64,000 nt of DNA from Antedon mediterranea (lineage: Eukaryota; Animalia; Echinodermata). Below are positions 63,398-64,000 of this stretch, in pieces. The stretch's first letter is position 1. The number at the start of each line of letters is the position of its first letter. The notes under the pieces were generated by a model. The model saw only the letters and a list, made by a program, of their open reading frames with translations, did no database searches and was not told where the DNA came from. The translations under genes were made by a program, and so were the position numbers. The stretch is from assembly GCF_964355755.1 (NCBI RefSeq), contig NC_092671.1, positions 22,704,070 to 22,768,069 of the forward strand. Reading direction: 5' to 3'.

Positions 63398-64000
63398 TGA
63401 CACATGAAATTAAGACTAATGGTGAAATGCCTATAAGGCATAGGGCATATAGAACGCCCCAAGCATTAAAGGGTAAATTGAAAGAGGAATTAGATAGTAT
63501 GTTGGCTATGGGTATAATAGAACCTACAGTTAGTGCCTATGCTGCACCTATTATTGCCCTGAAGAAAGGCCAGAATCAAATTAGAATGGTGACAGATTTT
63601 AGATCACTAAATAAGACTACACAATTTGACCCTTATGTTATGCCTCGCATAGACGAAATGTTGGATGAGGTATCATCCGCAATATACATAACTACGTTAG
63701 ATCTAACTAAAGGATTTTACCAGGTGCCTCTGGATCCTAAGACCAAAGACAAATCAGCATTTGTTACACAATTTGGACAGTATTGTTACAATGTACTTCC
63801 ATTTGGTATGCAAAATAGCTCTAGTACTTTCCAAAGATTAATGGATAAGGTATTACAAGGTACTGAGGGATATGCTAAGGCATATATAGATGACATATGT
63901 ATTTATAGTCAAACTTGGAAAGATCATATTTTTCATTTGAATGATGTATTAGAAAGATTAAGTAGTGCTGGATTGACAGCAAAGCCTTTGAAATGTAAAA
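63398..64000 (+). CDS. Reverse transcriptase of the Gmr1-like element (partial)
   Basis: Continues PGRTHL/VTHEIKT; DFRSLN, PRIDE, LDLTKGFYQV, LPFGM, YIDD; open to the window end. Confidence 0.92.

Larger units (their letters stand above)
53861..64000 (+). mobile_element. Gmr1-like Gypsy LTR retrotransposon (gag-PR-IN-RT order), runs off the window
   Basis: 5' LTR 53861-54083 (TG..CA), PBS TGGTGGCAGCGGTG (tRNA-Leu type) at 54084; gag with CFNCKEKGHKIGDC; protease LRDSG; integrase H2C2 and DDE core 57180-58200; RT with YIDD from 63398. Confidence 0.92.

Overview
AT-rich, intron-containing animal DNA (probably a marine invertebrate; inferred from the repeat repertoire), made almost entirely of nested transposable elements. 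One conserved host exon is recognisable: the first coding exon of WDSUB1 (minus strand, 11489-11893). 1-33.5 kb holds many non-autonomous Helentron/Helitron2-like elements of at least three families, whose 5' hairpin ends are stacked in short arrays. Two giant foldback elements are present: an Academ-like one (12452-22129) and one with a 7-bp TSD and 97-bp satellite arms (37829-45249). There are also Harbinger, MULE and Kolobok MITEs, L2, CR1, Rex/Babar, Tx1 and unclassified LINEs, a tRNA-SINE and several Gypsy elements, including a Gmr1-type element (integrase before RT) carrying a very young nested Gypsy. The ORF track misses a spliced, frameshifted gene at about 50.6-53.8 kb. Its exons, translated by hand, give an HDX-like homeodomain, an HMG-box-like segment and a GTF2I-like repeat. 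All family and domain assignments are by eye, without database searches, and the boundaries of degraded repeats are approximate.
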